The translations under genes were made by a program, and so were the position numbers. Positions 43,616 to 53,148 of a stretch of DNA of 64,000 nt are shown here, piece after piece. The notes under the pieces are model-generated. The model ran no database searches, was not told where the DNA came from, and saw only the letters and a list, made by a program, of their open reading frames with translations. Numbering within the stretch: the first letter of the stretch is position 1; each line of letters opens with the position of its first letter. This stretch comes from Candidatus Micrarchaeota archaeon (GTDB taxonomy: Archaea; Micrarchaeota; Micrarchaeia; Micrarchaeales; CABMGC01): positions 17,993-81,992 of the forward strand of contig JAJZKQ010000001.1 of NCBI GenBank assembly GCA_021804095.1, read 5' to 3'.

Positions 43616-44491
43616 ATGATGGTTCTTGAAGGCCCTGCCGCAAATGGAATGGGAAAGAGCATTGCCGGAAGGCTTTCGTGTGATTTTGGAAAGATTGAAC
43701 ATAAGCTATTTCCTGATGGTGAGTCGTACATAAGGATGCCTCCGGTTATTGGCGATAGCTTTGCAGTGGTGCAGTCCACATATGCGCCTTCTGAAAAACA
43801 CCTGGTAGAGCTATTATTCATGATAGATGCGCTAAGAGACATGAACAAAAAAGAAATAACTGCAGTTGTTCCGTATTTGGCATATTCCAGGCAGGATAGA
43901 AGATTTAGAGAAGGGGAGGCAATTAGCATAAATACGGTATTGCGACTTCTTGCTGATTCGGGCATTGGAAGGCTCATAACAGTAGAACCACACAGAAAAG
44001 AGCCGTTTTCTTCGTTTTCCGGAAAATACACGGTGATAGACCCTGTTGAAAAATTTGCAGAGGTTCTTTCTGAAAGGATTAAAAGTCCTTTTATAATAGC
44101 AACTGACGAAGGAGATATGGAAAGGGCGAAGAGGCTCGCTGACCTTATGGAATGCGATTATGATTTTATAGAGAAGGAGAGAGATCCGGATAGCAATCAG
44201 GTAAGTGCTGTTTCTTCCATAAACTCAGATCTTAGTGGAAAAGAAGCGGTGATATACGATGATGTCATAAGCACCGGGGGGACCATAGAGCTTGCAGCGA
44301 AGATTGCCATTTCTAATGGAGCGGCGAAAGCCGTAGCTGTTGCTTCACATCTTGTGATGGCAGGGAATGCTTATGAAAGGATGATCTCTGCCGGAATTTC
44401 TGAAATTTATGGAAGCAATACTGTGCCATTTAGCAGGTGTCATGTTATTGATGTCTCAGGATTGATTGCTGAGACATTGGTTTCAGAATAA
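43616..44491 (+). CDS. prs: Ribose-phosphate pyrophosphokinase
   Basis: 291 aa. FPDGESYIRM, YLAYSRQDR, and the PRPP loop VIYDDVISTGGT. Confidence 0.9.
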   Translation: MMVLEGPAANGMGKSIAGRLSCDFGKIEHKLFPDGESYIRMPPVIGDSFAVVQSTYAPSEKHLVELLFMIDALRDMNKKEITAVVPYLAYSRQDRRFREGEAISINTVLRLLADSGIGRLITVEPHRKEPFSSFSGKYTVIDPVEKFAEVLSERIKSPFIIATDEGDMERAKRLADLMECDYDFIEKERDPDSNQVSAVSSINSDLSGKEAVIYDDVISTGGTIELAAKIAISNGAAKAVAVASHLVMAGNAYERMISAGISEIYGSNTVPFSRCHVIDVSGLIAETLVSE

Positions 44492-45148
44492 CGAAGATGG
44501 AATTGGAGGCAGGGGGGGCTTGTGGCTCTTCACATTTGTGACTATTTTAGAATATTTGGCCCTTTTTAACAGATATCTTTTGTTGGAGCTATATCGCATT
44601 TTTATCATCCGTCTCAGTGCATTTATCTCTCCTTTTCTTAAAAAGCGAAGGGGGCCTTTCGATTTCCTTTCTAATTCGGCGATTAGTTCGTCTATGGTCT
44701 TGTTCTCTTTTAAGGCTCTCGTTTCAAAGTAGTTGGCCTTTGTCTCCATTCTGGTAAGGAAATTATTCAGATATTTGGATAGGGATCTTGTGTCCCTTGC
44801 CTTTAGAGTCAAACCTGCAAGGTAGATGTTGGCAAAATCGCTTCCAAACCAGTGGGTATACCCTATACCCAAAGACTCTACAAGGGATAAATATGAAATA
44901 AGCTCTCTGTGGCTCATTTTTTTTGAGTTTGAAATTATATTTGGCATACATATAGCACCATAATCAAAGCTTTTTAGAAGTTCTTCCATTCTTGATGCGT
45001 GTTCGTTTAGGATCTGCGAGAATTTTTGGTCTGTTGACATTTTTTGCCATTCTTCACTGACTACCCTTCTTAGAGCCTTGCTTATAAAATCGTTGTTTGG
45101 GAATTTCAGTACTGTTTTTTCAGGTTCGTTTTTTATTGCCGCATCCAT
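44483..45148 (-). CDS. Hypothetical protein
   Basis: 221 aa ORF with a basic C-terminal third (RFLRKGEINALRRMIKMRYSSNKRYLLKRAKY). No family recognised. Confidence 0.55.
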   Translation of the reverse strand: MDAAIKNEPEKTVLKFPNNDFISKALRRVVSEEWQKMSTDQKFSQILNEHASRMEELLKSFDYGAICMPNIISNSKKMSHRELISYLSLVESLGIGYTHWFGSDFANIYLAGLTLKARDTRSLSKYLNNFLTRMETKANYFETRALKENKTIDELIAELERKSKGPLRFLRKGEINALRRMIKMRYSSNKRYLLKRAKYSKIVTNVKSHKPPLPPIPSSLF

Positions 45149-45170
45149 TTAATATCCCAATATCCACGTT

Positions 45171-46892
45171 TCATATGCCTACGAATGCCATTTTTTCTTT
45201 ATTGTCCAGTTTAAAGAAGCCTGTGCGCTCCAATTGGACTGTCCCGCCTTCCTCTATTCCGCTTACATAACTTTCGATGAATCCCTTCGTCGAAAGCATG
45301 CTTTTTTCATTGAATATTTCATTCTCTAATAGATCCCCTATCTCAAGGAGGTTAGCCTCAAGATAGTTATCCTTGTTCACCCATGGAATTCTCGCGGCAC
45401 TATCCGCAGTTTCTGAAAGATAGCTTGCTTCTATGTTATCTTTTTCAATACTGTGAATTTTTATGCCGAAGGCATCCTTGAGCTTTATGGTGTCGCCATT
45501 TCTAAGATTCAATGCGTCATATGAATTTATAAAGAATATGTCAGAGAGATTATACCTGCGGTGCTTTAAACTTTCGGAAGGATGCGCTTTCATTTCTATC
45601 TTTCTTTTGGAATCCGGTATTTCCGTTACGGTTATTTTTATAGGATCTTTGATAAAAAACAGCCTGGGGGATTTGTTATCAATTATCTTTCTATTTTCTG
45701 CAAGAAGCATTTCTATTCCTACTTTGCTGTCTGTCTTGCTCATTCCGAACCTTAAGACAAATTCCATTATTGCGCTGGGTTGTATTCCTCTTCTTCTCAA
45801 GCCAGCTATGGTAACAAGCCTTGGGTCGTCGAAACCCCAAAGTAGGTTCTTCTTGATAAGCTCCTTGAGCTTTCTTTTCGAGGTTATATTATTGTTTATT
45901 TCAAGTCTTGCAAAACTGTGTAGTCTCGGAAGCCTGAGCTCTAATCCGATGAGTATTTCATAATAAAGACGGTCTCTGAGTTCGTATTCTTTGCTTCGGA
46001 GAACATCCGTAACTCCCATTATGGAATCCATTATAGGAGTATTAAAATCATAGGTAGGCCATAGCCAGTATTTTGATCCTTGGCGATAATGAACGTTTTG
46101 CTTTACGCGGAATAGGGTCGGGTCCCTTAATGCAGTATTCTGATCTTTTATATTTCCCTTGTAGCGAAGTATTGAATGGGAGTTTTTATCGCTAAGCATT
46201 TTTTCCCATTCCGAGAGGTTCTCTTCAGGTGGCTTTTCTTTATGTGTGCAGTCTATTCCGTTGGTTCTCTTTTCTGAAATTTCTTCAGGTGGACAATCGC
46301 ATACATAGGCCTTTCCTTTTTTTATCAGGGCGGAAGCAAACGAGTACATTTTTTCAATATTGTCGCTTGCGTAGTATTCGGTATCAAAACCGATGTTTAG
46401 CCATTCAAGGTCTTTTTTAAAAGATTCTACATATTCCTGGCTGTCTGTCTCGGGATTTGTATCATCGAAGTATAAATTTATATGCCCATTATATATTCTG
46501 GAAAATTCCTTTTCCATGAATACTGCTTTTGCATGGCCTATATGCATGTATCCGTTTGGAGCAGGCGGAAATCTAGTGACAAACGCTCCGTTTTCTGCAC
46601 CTTCCAGAACCATTTTAGGCTTTGCTGTCTTTTCTATTTTTTCCTTTCTTTCCGAGGCGAATTCTTCGTTGTACTTTAGTGCTTCTGAATTTATCTCTTC
46701 TGGATTTAGTCTGTTTATTCTGGCAACCTCTACACTTATTTTTTTTGATAGTTCTTTTATTTCAGATCGCATTTCAGGGAACTCGGAAAGAACGCCATTT
46801 AGTACTGTCGATTCCCTTGCCTTCCCGTAATTCAAGGCGTTTTTTACTGCGGCTTTTACGATCTCTTCGCTTATTTCTTCATCGGATGCCAT
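45171..46892 (-). CDS. gltX: Glutamyl-tRNA synthetase (archaeal/eukaryal type)
   Basis: 573 aa. HIGH-region PNGYMHIGHAKA and a class I GlxRS layout. Confidence 0.9.
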   Translation of the reverse strand: MASDEEISEEIVKAAVKNALNYGKARESTVLNGVLSEFPEMRSEIKELSKKISVEVARINRLNPEEINSEALKYNEEFASERKEKIEKTAKPKMVLEGAENGAFVTRFPPAPNGYMHIGHAKAVFMEKEFSRIYNGHINLYFDDTNPETDSQEYVESFKKDLEWLNIGFDTEYYASDNIEKMYSFASALIKKGKAYVCDCPPEEISEKRTNGIDCTHKEKPPEENLSEWEKMLSDKNSHSILRYKGNIKDQNTALRDPTLFRVKQNVHYRQGSKYWLWPTYDFNTPIMDSIMGVTDVLRSKEYELRDRLYYEILIGLELRLPRLHSFARLEINNNITSKRKLKELIKKNLLWGFDDPRLVTIAGLRRRGIQPSAIMEFVLRFGMSKTDSKVGIEMLLAENRKIIDNKSPRLFFIKDPIKITVTEIPDSKRKIEMKAHPSESLKHRRYNLSDIFFINSYDALNLRNGDTIKLKDAFGIKIHSIEKDNIEASYLSETADSAARIPWVNKDNYLEANLLEIGDLLENEIFNEKSMLSTKGFIESYVSGIEEGGTVQLERTGFFKLDNKEKMAFVGI

Positions 46893-46896
46893 GTGT

Positions 46897-47565
46897 TCAC
46901 TTTATTTTTGATGAGCTGAGGCTGTATATGGTCCCGTTGTTGGTTATCAATGCTGAAACCTTGACCTGTACTGTTTTTACTGCGTTGTTTGTTAGGTCTT
47001 CGGTTATTTGAGAATGGCGCTGACTTGGAAACAGCGGAATTGTGTATGTCTTTCCGGAGATGTAGAAGTTGAGGGCTGATGGAAGAAGTATTTCAGCAGG
47101 AGCTGAAAAGGAAATGCACGAAAGGGTGCTTGAATTAAAGTTTCTGTTTATAAAATTGAATAGCTCTGAAGTGTTCATTGTTCCAGCAAGTATTAGCGTT
47201 TGGTTCGGCAGGGAATAGAAGTTATATATGGAATTGTTGTTTTCAAGCTTGTTTAAAGTGTTCTGTAATTTTGTGTTTACTGCTGTTGTAAAAGAAGAAT
47301 TGGAACAGGATATACTTAGGTTTAAGGTGTTGTTGTATCCTATAATCGAAGCGTTTGTAGTGGCGATCCCATATGTTGTAGGTGGGGGTGTTGATGAGGA
47401 TGATGTTGGTGAGGAAGGAGTGACGCCTACAGAACCCGGTGAAAGATAAAATCCAGTAATGAAGAATAAAGCTACGAGTATTGCTGCTAGCACAGGAAGG
47501 ATGCGCTTTATTCTTGATTTTAGGTCTGGTTTCTTTTCTGCGGTGTTTTTTTGTTGATTTTCCAT
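46897..47565 (-). CDS. Membrane-anchored secreted protein, Ser/Thr/Pro-rich stalk, N-glycosylation sequon-rich
   Basis: I prefer ATG 47565 (MENQQKNTAEKKPDLKSRIKRILPVLAAILVALFFITGFYL). Followed by SSPTSSSSTPPPTTYG and many N-x-S/T sequons. Confidence 0.55.
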   Translation of the reverse strand: MENQQKNTAEKKPDLKSRIKRILPVLAAILVALFFITGFYLSPGSVGVTPSSPTSSSSTPPPTTYGIATTNASIIGYNNTLNLSISCSNSSFTTAVNTKLQNTLNKLENNNSIYNFYSLPNQTLILAGTMNTSELFNFINRNFNSSTLSCISFSAPAEILLPSALNFYISGKTYTIPLFPSQRHSQITEDLTNNAVKTVQVKVSALITNNGTIYSLSSSKIK

Positions 47566-47902
47566 TTGATGCACTTCATTGAATGCGTTATAACACATAT
47601 TAATAGGATATTTGTTATTGTGACGTCCTCCCGCCCGTAAACGGTGTGGGCATAGATCCTGAATTTGTAGGCTCTTGCCAATTCAATGAAGTTTATATCG
47701 TTATTCATGTTTATACACTTTTCTGCGGTTCGCTCTCATCCTACCCTTGAAGAGTGTGGGATTTCAAGCTTACGGTGATGACTTTTGAATTTACTGGTCA
47801 AGACAGGCATAACTTGCTTTGTTATATCTGCCCGAGGTACTTTGTACTATTATATTATATGTTTTGGTGCATATGTATTAAAATAAAATTATAAGTGATA
47901 GC

Positions 47903-48610
47903 ATGGCTTTTAAGGATAATGACTTCCTAAAAATAGATTACAGTTTGTGGAGAGTTGCAGACAATCAGCTAGTCAGAACTACAGAAAAGAAACTTGCGGA
48001 GGGGAATGGGATATTTAGAGAGGATATTAGATACACGCCACAGCTTGTTGTGATAAGTAGAGATAATGCAATAAAGGCGCTTTGGGAAGCTTTGAAGACA
48101 ATGGATGTTGGAGAAAGCAAAACATTAGATCTTGAGCCTAAAGATGCTTTCGGAGAGAGAAATCAAAGCCTCGTAAGAATGATGCCAATAGCCGACTTCA
48201 GAAAGAGAGATATTGACCCAGTTCCAGGGATGCAGATAGACATAGATGGAGTTATTGCTACTGTGAAAAGCGTCAACTCCGGAAGAGTCATGGTAGATGC
48301 AAACAACCCTCTGGCAGGAGAAAAGGTGCGTTATGAGATAAAGGTTGTCTCGCAGTTGGTCAAGCCTGAAGAGAAGGTTAGGGCAGTGGCGGAGATGTAT
48401 GCTCTTGAGCCTCATGCCGTGAGTGTCAATCAGGCCGAAGCCCGTGTTGTTTTTGATAGCAAGACAAAGATGGATGCCGATTACTTCTTGAATAAGACAT
48501 ATTTCGTAGGTACTGTTTTTGAATACCTCGACGAGATGAAGAAGGTAATTGTAGAGGAAGAGCATCTTAAAGAGAGGCCTGCCGCTGTGGAAGAACACCA
48601 TCATTCTTGA
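47903..48610 (+). CDS. FKBP-type peptidyl-prolyl isomerase (long archaeal SlyD/FKBP26-like)
   Basis: 235 aa. DFLKIDYSLW...AIKALWEALKTMDVGESKTLDLEPKDAFGERN...NNPLAGEKVRYEIKVV. Confidence 0.85.
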   Translation: MAFKDNDFLKIDYSLWRVADNQLVRTTEKKLAEGNGIFREDIRYTPQLVVISRDNAIKALWEALKTMDVGESKTLDLEPKDAFGERNQSLVRMMPIADFRKRDIDPVPGMQIDIDGVIATVKSVNSGRVMVDANNPLAGEKVRYEIKVVSQLVKPEEKVRAVAEMYALEPHAVSVNQAEARVVFDSKTKMDADYFLNKTYFVGTVFEYLDEMKKVIVEEEHLKERPAAVEEHHHS

Positions 48611-48654
48611 CTTGAATCCGGCTTTGGATGCAGGTTTTTGGTAGGCTTTGGGAA

Positions 48655-49815
48655 TCAGGGTTGGATCCAGTCTATTTCATAATATTCGGCTTTGCTGTCT
48701 TTTAGTTTTATCTGCTTGATTTTATAGTAGGTTACTGCCGTTTCCCGATCGGCTATTGCAATAACTAGTTCTATTTTTAGGCGCTTGGCTTCCTTTATTG
48801 CACTTGCAAGTTCTGCGCCTCCTATAAATTCTTCTTCGCCGAAGGAGAGCATGGCATATCTTGGAGGATTGTCGTTTGGATTTTCTGAATCTCCAGATCT
48901 TCGATGGTAAAGTATGAAGTCTATTTCTGTCTTTCTGCTGTTTTTTTTGCCAGGAACTGCTAGGATAAACGTCTTCCTTACTGAATGGGCTACCCTTATT
49001 GCCCTCGCCCATTCAGATATTAGTAGGCGCGAGTTTCTTGGAAATACATGTACCACATGCCTTGAGTGCGCCCACTCCCCATTTTCTGCCTTGAATGGCT
49101 TTGCTCCTGGGAAATATATCCTAAAGTGTGTTCCAAACTTGAAGCCCGTCTTTACCACATAGCCATTCTTCCTCCAGTCTTTGTATACAGAATATAATAG
49201 ACCAAATTGGCCATGTCTGCTTTTTAGTTCTCCTATTAGCCTCTTTTTGTTTATATTGGTAAGTCTAAGCTGCCCGTTTTCAATTAAGAACAGTGTTTCA
49301 TATACGTCAAGCTTGTTTAGGTTTCCTCTGTCTGAGGCTTTGTAGGAACCGTATTGTCCGAACCAGAATGACTCGTAGATCTCTTTTGCCTTTTCTGTGC
49401 GGTTTATGACAGTCACAAGATCGGTAATAAAGAAGGTCCCTGAAAAGTGGTACCCGTGGAGGGAGAGTTTTTTTGAAGGATACTCCTTTATAGGATTGGA
49501 ATGGGGCCTTTTGTGCTTGGTCTCCGGTGTCTTTATTATAAGCCCCCTGTCTCTCCAGTCTTTATAAGTAAGGTATTTCGCCATGAACTTCTTTTCTTTC
49601 CAGAATTTTCCGGCAATCTCGTTGAATGATAATTTTGAACCTTTGTAATATATCTCCGCATTTCTCACATCTGCAAGATATAACGCTTCGAATATTGAGA
49701 GCTGTGTAGGATTTCCTTTCTTAGGTTTTCCTAGAAATCCTCTTTCCAGTATATCTTTTGTAGATTGGTCTTCTGCGGTTATTTTTTTCCTTGAATGGTA
49801 ATTTAGGACTATCAT
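48655..49815 (-). CDS. endA: tRNA-splicing endonuclease, multi-unit single polypeptide
   Basis: 386 aa. One complete catalytic unit (YSVYKDWRKNGYVVKTGFKFGTHFRIY...HSRHVVHV...RVAHSVRKTFILAV). There is also an N-terminal partial unit (LSIFEALYLA...YLTYKDWRDRGLIIKT) and a C-terminal extra segment (YAMLSFGEEEFIGGAELASAIKEAKRLKIELVIAIAD). Confidence 0.85.
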   Translation of the reverse strand: MIVLNYHSRKKITAEDQSTKDILERGFLGKPKKGNPTQLSIFEALYLADVRNAEIYYKGSKLSFNEIAGKFWKEKKFMAKYLTYKDWRDRGLIIKTPETKHKRPHSNPIKEYPSKKLSLHGYHFSGTFFITDLVTVINRTEKAKEIYESFWFGQYGSYKASDRGNLNKLDVYETLFLIENGQLRLTNINKKRLIGELKSRHGQFGLLYSVYKDWRKNGYVVKTGFKFGTHFRIYFPGAKPFKAENGEWAHSRHVVHVFPRNSRLLISEWARAIRVAHSVRKTFILAVPGKKNSRKTEIDFILYHRRSGDSENPNDNPPRYAMLSFGEEEFIGGAELASAIKEAKRLKIELVIAIADRETAVTYYKIKQIKLKDSKAEYYEIDWIQP

Positions 49816-49871
49816 CTAAACGTCTGTATTGGTTTTTTCTTGCTTTTATATTTATTGTGTGCAGGCCTGTT

Positions 49872-50567
49872 TGTCTGTTTTGAGATAAAGTGTTTTTTAA
49901 ATAGGCATGTGGTGTATGCCTGCTGCCTTGAATCAGATAGGAGATCGGATAGGTTGACTATCATAAATATAAATAATGTTTTTCCATATCTCCTTGTGCT
50001 TCTGCAATGGCAAGTAATAAAGAGGGCAAAAACCTCGATATCAGAAAAAACTCCGATTATGTCTTGAGGCTTAGGAAGGCAAGAAGAATAGTAGGCTTAG
50101 TTATGGGAGTGAGCCTCAGCATTTTTATAATAATAGCGGCGCTCGCAGTGCTGAATGAGGGTGTCATCAACTTCCTACACATAATATACTCAATAAACCT
50201 CTATTATTATGGCGCTGCGTGTCTGTTTTGAGATAAAGTGTTTTTTAAATAGGCATGTGGTGTATGCCTGCTGCCTTGAATCAGATAGGAGATCGGATAG
50301 GTTGACTATCATAAATATAAATAATGTTTTTCCATATCTCCTTGTGCTTCTGCAATGGCAAGTAATAAAGAGGGCAAAAACCTCGATATCAGAAAAAACT
50401 CCGATTATGTCTTGAGGCTTAGGAAGGCAAGAAGAATAGTAGGCTTAGTTATGGGAGTGAGCCTCAGCATTTTTATAATAATAGCGGCGCTCGCAGTGCT
50501 GAATGAGGGTGTCATCAACTTCCTACACATAATATACTCAATAAACCTCTATTATTATGGCGCTGCG
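49872..50567. repeat. Perfect tandem direct duplication, 2 x 348 bp
   Basis: 49872-50219 and 50220-50567 read identically by eye. The ORF track confirms this with identical peptides (49840/50209 frames; 50007/50355 frames share the first 71 aa). Confidence 0.9.
50007..50231 (+). pseudogene. Truncated duplicate of the 5' end of the downstream membrane-protein gene
   Basis: 74 aa. The first 71 aa are identical to the N-terminus of ORF 50355..51398. It then reads 3 codons into repeat copy 2 and stops. Confidence 0.6.
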
Positions 50568-51398
50568 TTTGTTGTCTTGTTTGCAGGTTATCTTCTACGT
50601 TTTCCTAAATGGGAAAGATATCTGAAATCTCTTAAAATCAAGATAAGAAGATGGGATAATTTCATAATATACCTTTCAATGTATTCGATGGACATAACCC
50701 CGGGAAGATGGGGAAGGGGAGTGGTTTCTTATACAATAAACAGGCTTACTGGGAGCAGGTTTGCAGTTACATTCCCCGCGGTAGTCGCAGACATATTTAC
50801 AGATTTTGTGGGCTTCGGGGCCGTTGCGATATTTTTTGCTTTTTTTGTGCATAGATATTTTGTGCTCTCTGTTGTGATAACAGGCATACTTCTCCTTCCT
50901 TTCCTCTTTTTGTATTACAAACGGCCATTCGACTATATGAGGAAGAAGCTTTCGAGATTTCGTTTTCTCAGAAGTTTCTGGAATGTCGGGGAACTCTATT
51001 TTAAGGAGAATAATAAACTAGGAAAGTTTGACTATCTGTATTCAATGATATTTACCATACCCTCGGTGATCCTGAACGGTATTGCTCTCTTTTTTGTCAT
51101 ACTTGCTTTTGGCATACACCTTCAGATTGGGGAACTTCCTGTTGTAATATTCATATTCTCCTCTTCGCTTCTCTTCGGCATAATAACCGGAGCCCCGGCT
51201 ACGCTTGGGGTCACTGACGCCCTTCTTATAGGATATCTTGTATTTTTCTTTCCAAACTTGGGAATTACCTTCGGGGTCGCAGCGGCTATAACAATATTCT
51301 TCAGAATAGTAAGTGTCTGGTTTGTACAAGGCTTCGGTTCTGCTGCGCTTTTTTACAGCATGAGGCATTGGAAATTACCTAAAGCTCAAAGTTCATGA
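50355..51398 (+). CDS. Flippase-like / lysylphosphatidylglycerol-synthase TM-region family (UPF0104) membrane protein
   Basis: 347 aa polytopic protein. The pattern YLLRFPKWERYL...YSMDITPGRWGRGVVSY fits the UPF0104 family. The assignment is tentative. Confidence 0.6.
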   Translation: MASNKEGKNLDIRKNSDYVLRLRKARRIVGLVMGVSLSIFIIIAALAVLNEGVINFLHIIYSINLYYYGAAFVVLFAGYLLRFPKWERYLKSLKIKIRRWDNFIIYLSMYSMDITPGRWGRGVVSYTINRLTGSRFAVTFPAVVADIFTDFVGFGAVAIFFAFFVHRYFVLSVVITGILLLPFLFLYYKRPFDYMRKKLSRFRFLRSFWNVGELYFKENNKLGKFDYLYSMIFTIPSVILNGIALFFVILAFGIHLQIGELPVVIFIFSSSLLFGIITGAPATLGVTDALLIGYLVFFFPNLGITFGVAAAITIFFRIVSVWFVQGFGSAALFYSMRHWKLPKAQSS

Positions 51399-52149
51399 CC
51401 AAGGCTTTCTCGGCGAAATTCATATCCGCGGGTATTATCAGGGCAGTTCTTTTGGAAGCTAGACGTTTTTCGAGACGTTGCAGTTTCAGATTTTCTGTTT
51501 CGGTATAGATGATGTTTTGGCTCTCTGTACCTATTTCACAGAGAATTATTATCTTTCTATTCCCTATAACTGTTGCGCCACGCTTCTCTTCTGCTTTTTT
51601 GATAAGGAGTATTGCATCAGCGTATGACATAGTCATGCCTGCGGAGGCGTCTACGTCAAGAAGCACAAGGGTGTGCTGGTTGTTTTCAAGGTTTCTTTTT
51701 ATCACATCGATAAATGAGACCGGTTTGTATTTGGAGCTCCAGAAGGGGACTGTTGTTGTTGGCCCGAACCGATATATGTCGAGTCCGCTCTCCCCGATGC
51801 CCGCAGTAAAGATAGAGGAGGAATGAATTGTCTGGGTTTCGGCCCCTAGCTTTCTTGCTGCCTCTATTATTATGTGGTGGGTTGTAGCTATAAGCGGGTC
51901 TCCGGGAACGAGGATGGCAAGGTTCGAATCCTTTGCAGGTTCTACTGTAATAGCAACATTGTCTTCCAGGCCTTTCCTGTCTATGGCGGTTATCTCCTTT
52001 CCTGATTCCTTTTCTAGAAAATCAAGATACCCGGATGGGAGAGGAAGAGTATAGCTCTCCATTAGTACAATGTTTGCGTCCCTTATGGCTTGGATGCCTT
52101 TGTAGGAGATATCCCCTATGTCTAAGCCAAGACCTATTATCGAAAGCAT
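51379..52149 (-). CDS. dph5: Diphthine synthase
   Basis: 256 aa. MLSIIGLGLDIGDISYKGIQAIRDANIVLMESYT...VPGDPLIATTH. Confidence 0.9.
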   Translation of the reverse strand: MLSIIGLGLDIGDISYKGIQAIRDANIVLMESYTLPLPSGYLDFLEKESGKEITAIDRKGLEDNVAITVEPAKDSNLAILVPGDPLIATTHHIIIEAARKLGAETQTIHSSSIFTAGIGESGLDIYRFGPTTTVPFWSSKYKPVSFIDVIKRNLENNQHTLVLLDVDASAGMTMSYADAILLIKKAEEKRGATVIGNRKIIILCEIGTESQNIIYTETENLKLQRLEKRLASKRTALIIPADMNFAEKALVMNFEL

Positions 52150-52197
52150 GTTTATTGCCTTTTGAGTTTTAAAGAAATTGGAAGGAAATGAGAGAAT

Positions 52198-53148
52198 TCA
52201 GTCCCTTATTCCTCCTGCGGTTATCTTTATTACAACTTCGCCTTCTGGCATGTTTGGTGAATCTACAAGCCTTATTATCCTTTTGTCCTCTTTGCTCTTT
52301 CGCATGTATAGCCTGGTGGTTGCTGCGTGTGCTACTATATTTCCACCTACAGGCGTGGTCGGGTCCCCAAAAAGAATGCCTGGATTGTCCATAACCTGGT
52401 TTGTTATGTATACTGCCAGGTTGTGGTTGTCCGCAAGCTGTTGTAGTCTATGGATGTGGCTGTTTAGCTTCTGTTGCCGCTCACCCAAGGCTCCACGGCC
52501 CGGATATTCGGATCTGAAGAGAGACATTAGAGAATCTACTACTATTAGTTTTATGTTATGCTCTTTTATGAGCTTGTCTGCCTTTTCTATTGAAAGTATT
52601 TGTTGTTCTGTTGTTGTTGCCCTCACAACAAAGATATTTGCGAGCACCTCTTTGGGATCCATTGAAGATGCGCTGGCTATCGCTTCTATTCTCTCCGGTC
52701 TGAATGTGCCTTCTGTGTCTATGAATAAGACTCCTCCACCAAGGCCGCCGCTTTCTACAGGAAGCTGGGCATTTACAGTAAGCTGGAATCCCAGCTGGGT
52801 CTTGCCGGAAGCGAATTTTCCATAGGCCTCGGTTATGCCTTTGGCTTCAACTCCGCCGCCCAAGAGCTCGTTGAGCTCCTTGCAGTTGGTGGTTATCCTC
52901 CCTATGGTTTTCCTTTCATCATATAATGCTGAGCCCGTGCTGAATTCTAGGGTTGTGGCCTGCTTTGCTGCATCTACCGCTTTTTTAGCAGCTTCTACAC
53001 TCATGCCTACAAGTTCTGAGAGCTCATGCGGCGAAGCCACCCCTATTTTATCAAGGGTATCGTAGCCTGAGCTGCGAAGTTTCTCTGCTATTGTTGGCCC
53101 TACTCCTGGAAGGTCTTCGATTTCCTTTATGCTCTTTTCCTTGGCCAT
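52198..53148 (-). CDS. radA: DNA repair and recombination protein RadA
   Basis: 316 aa. HhH LPGVGPTIAEKL, Walker A GKFASGKTQ, Walker B LIVVDS. Confidence 0.95.
   Translation of the reverse strand: MAKEKSIKEIEDLPGVGPTIAEKLRSSGYDTLDKIGVASPHELSELVGMSVEAAKKAVDAAKQATTLEFSTGSALYDERKTIGRITTNCKELNELLGGGVEAKGITEAYGKFASGKTQLGFQLTVNAQLPVESGGLGGGVLFIDTEGTFRPERIEAIASASSMDPKEVLANIFVVRATTTEQQILSIEKADKLIKEHNIKLIVVDSLMSLFRSEYPGRGALGERQQKLNSHIHRLQQLADNHNLAVYITNQVMDNPGILFGDPTTPVGGNIVAHAATTRLYMRKSKEDKRIIRLVDSPNMPEGEVVIKITAGGIRD

Noticed and set aside
47770-47840. C/D-box sRNA suggested by GTGATGA at about 47775
   Set aside because: No D box (CTGA) or C'/D' pair lies at the appropriate spacing downstream, and no terminal stem is present.
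49840-50567. Tandem repeat as a possible CRISPR array or minisatellite
   Set aside because: There are only two copies of a 348-bp unit with no spacer structure, and the unit contains a gene 5' end. No short repeat-spacer periodicity appears anywhere in the window.
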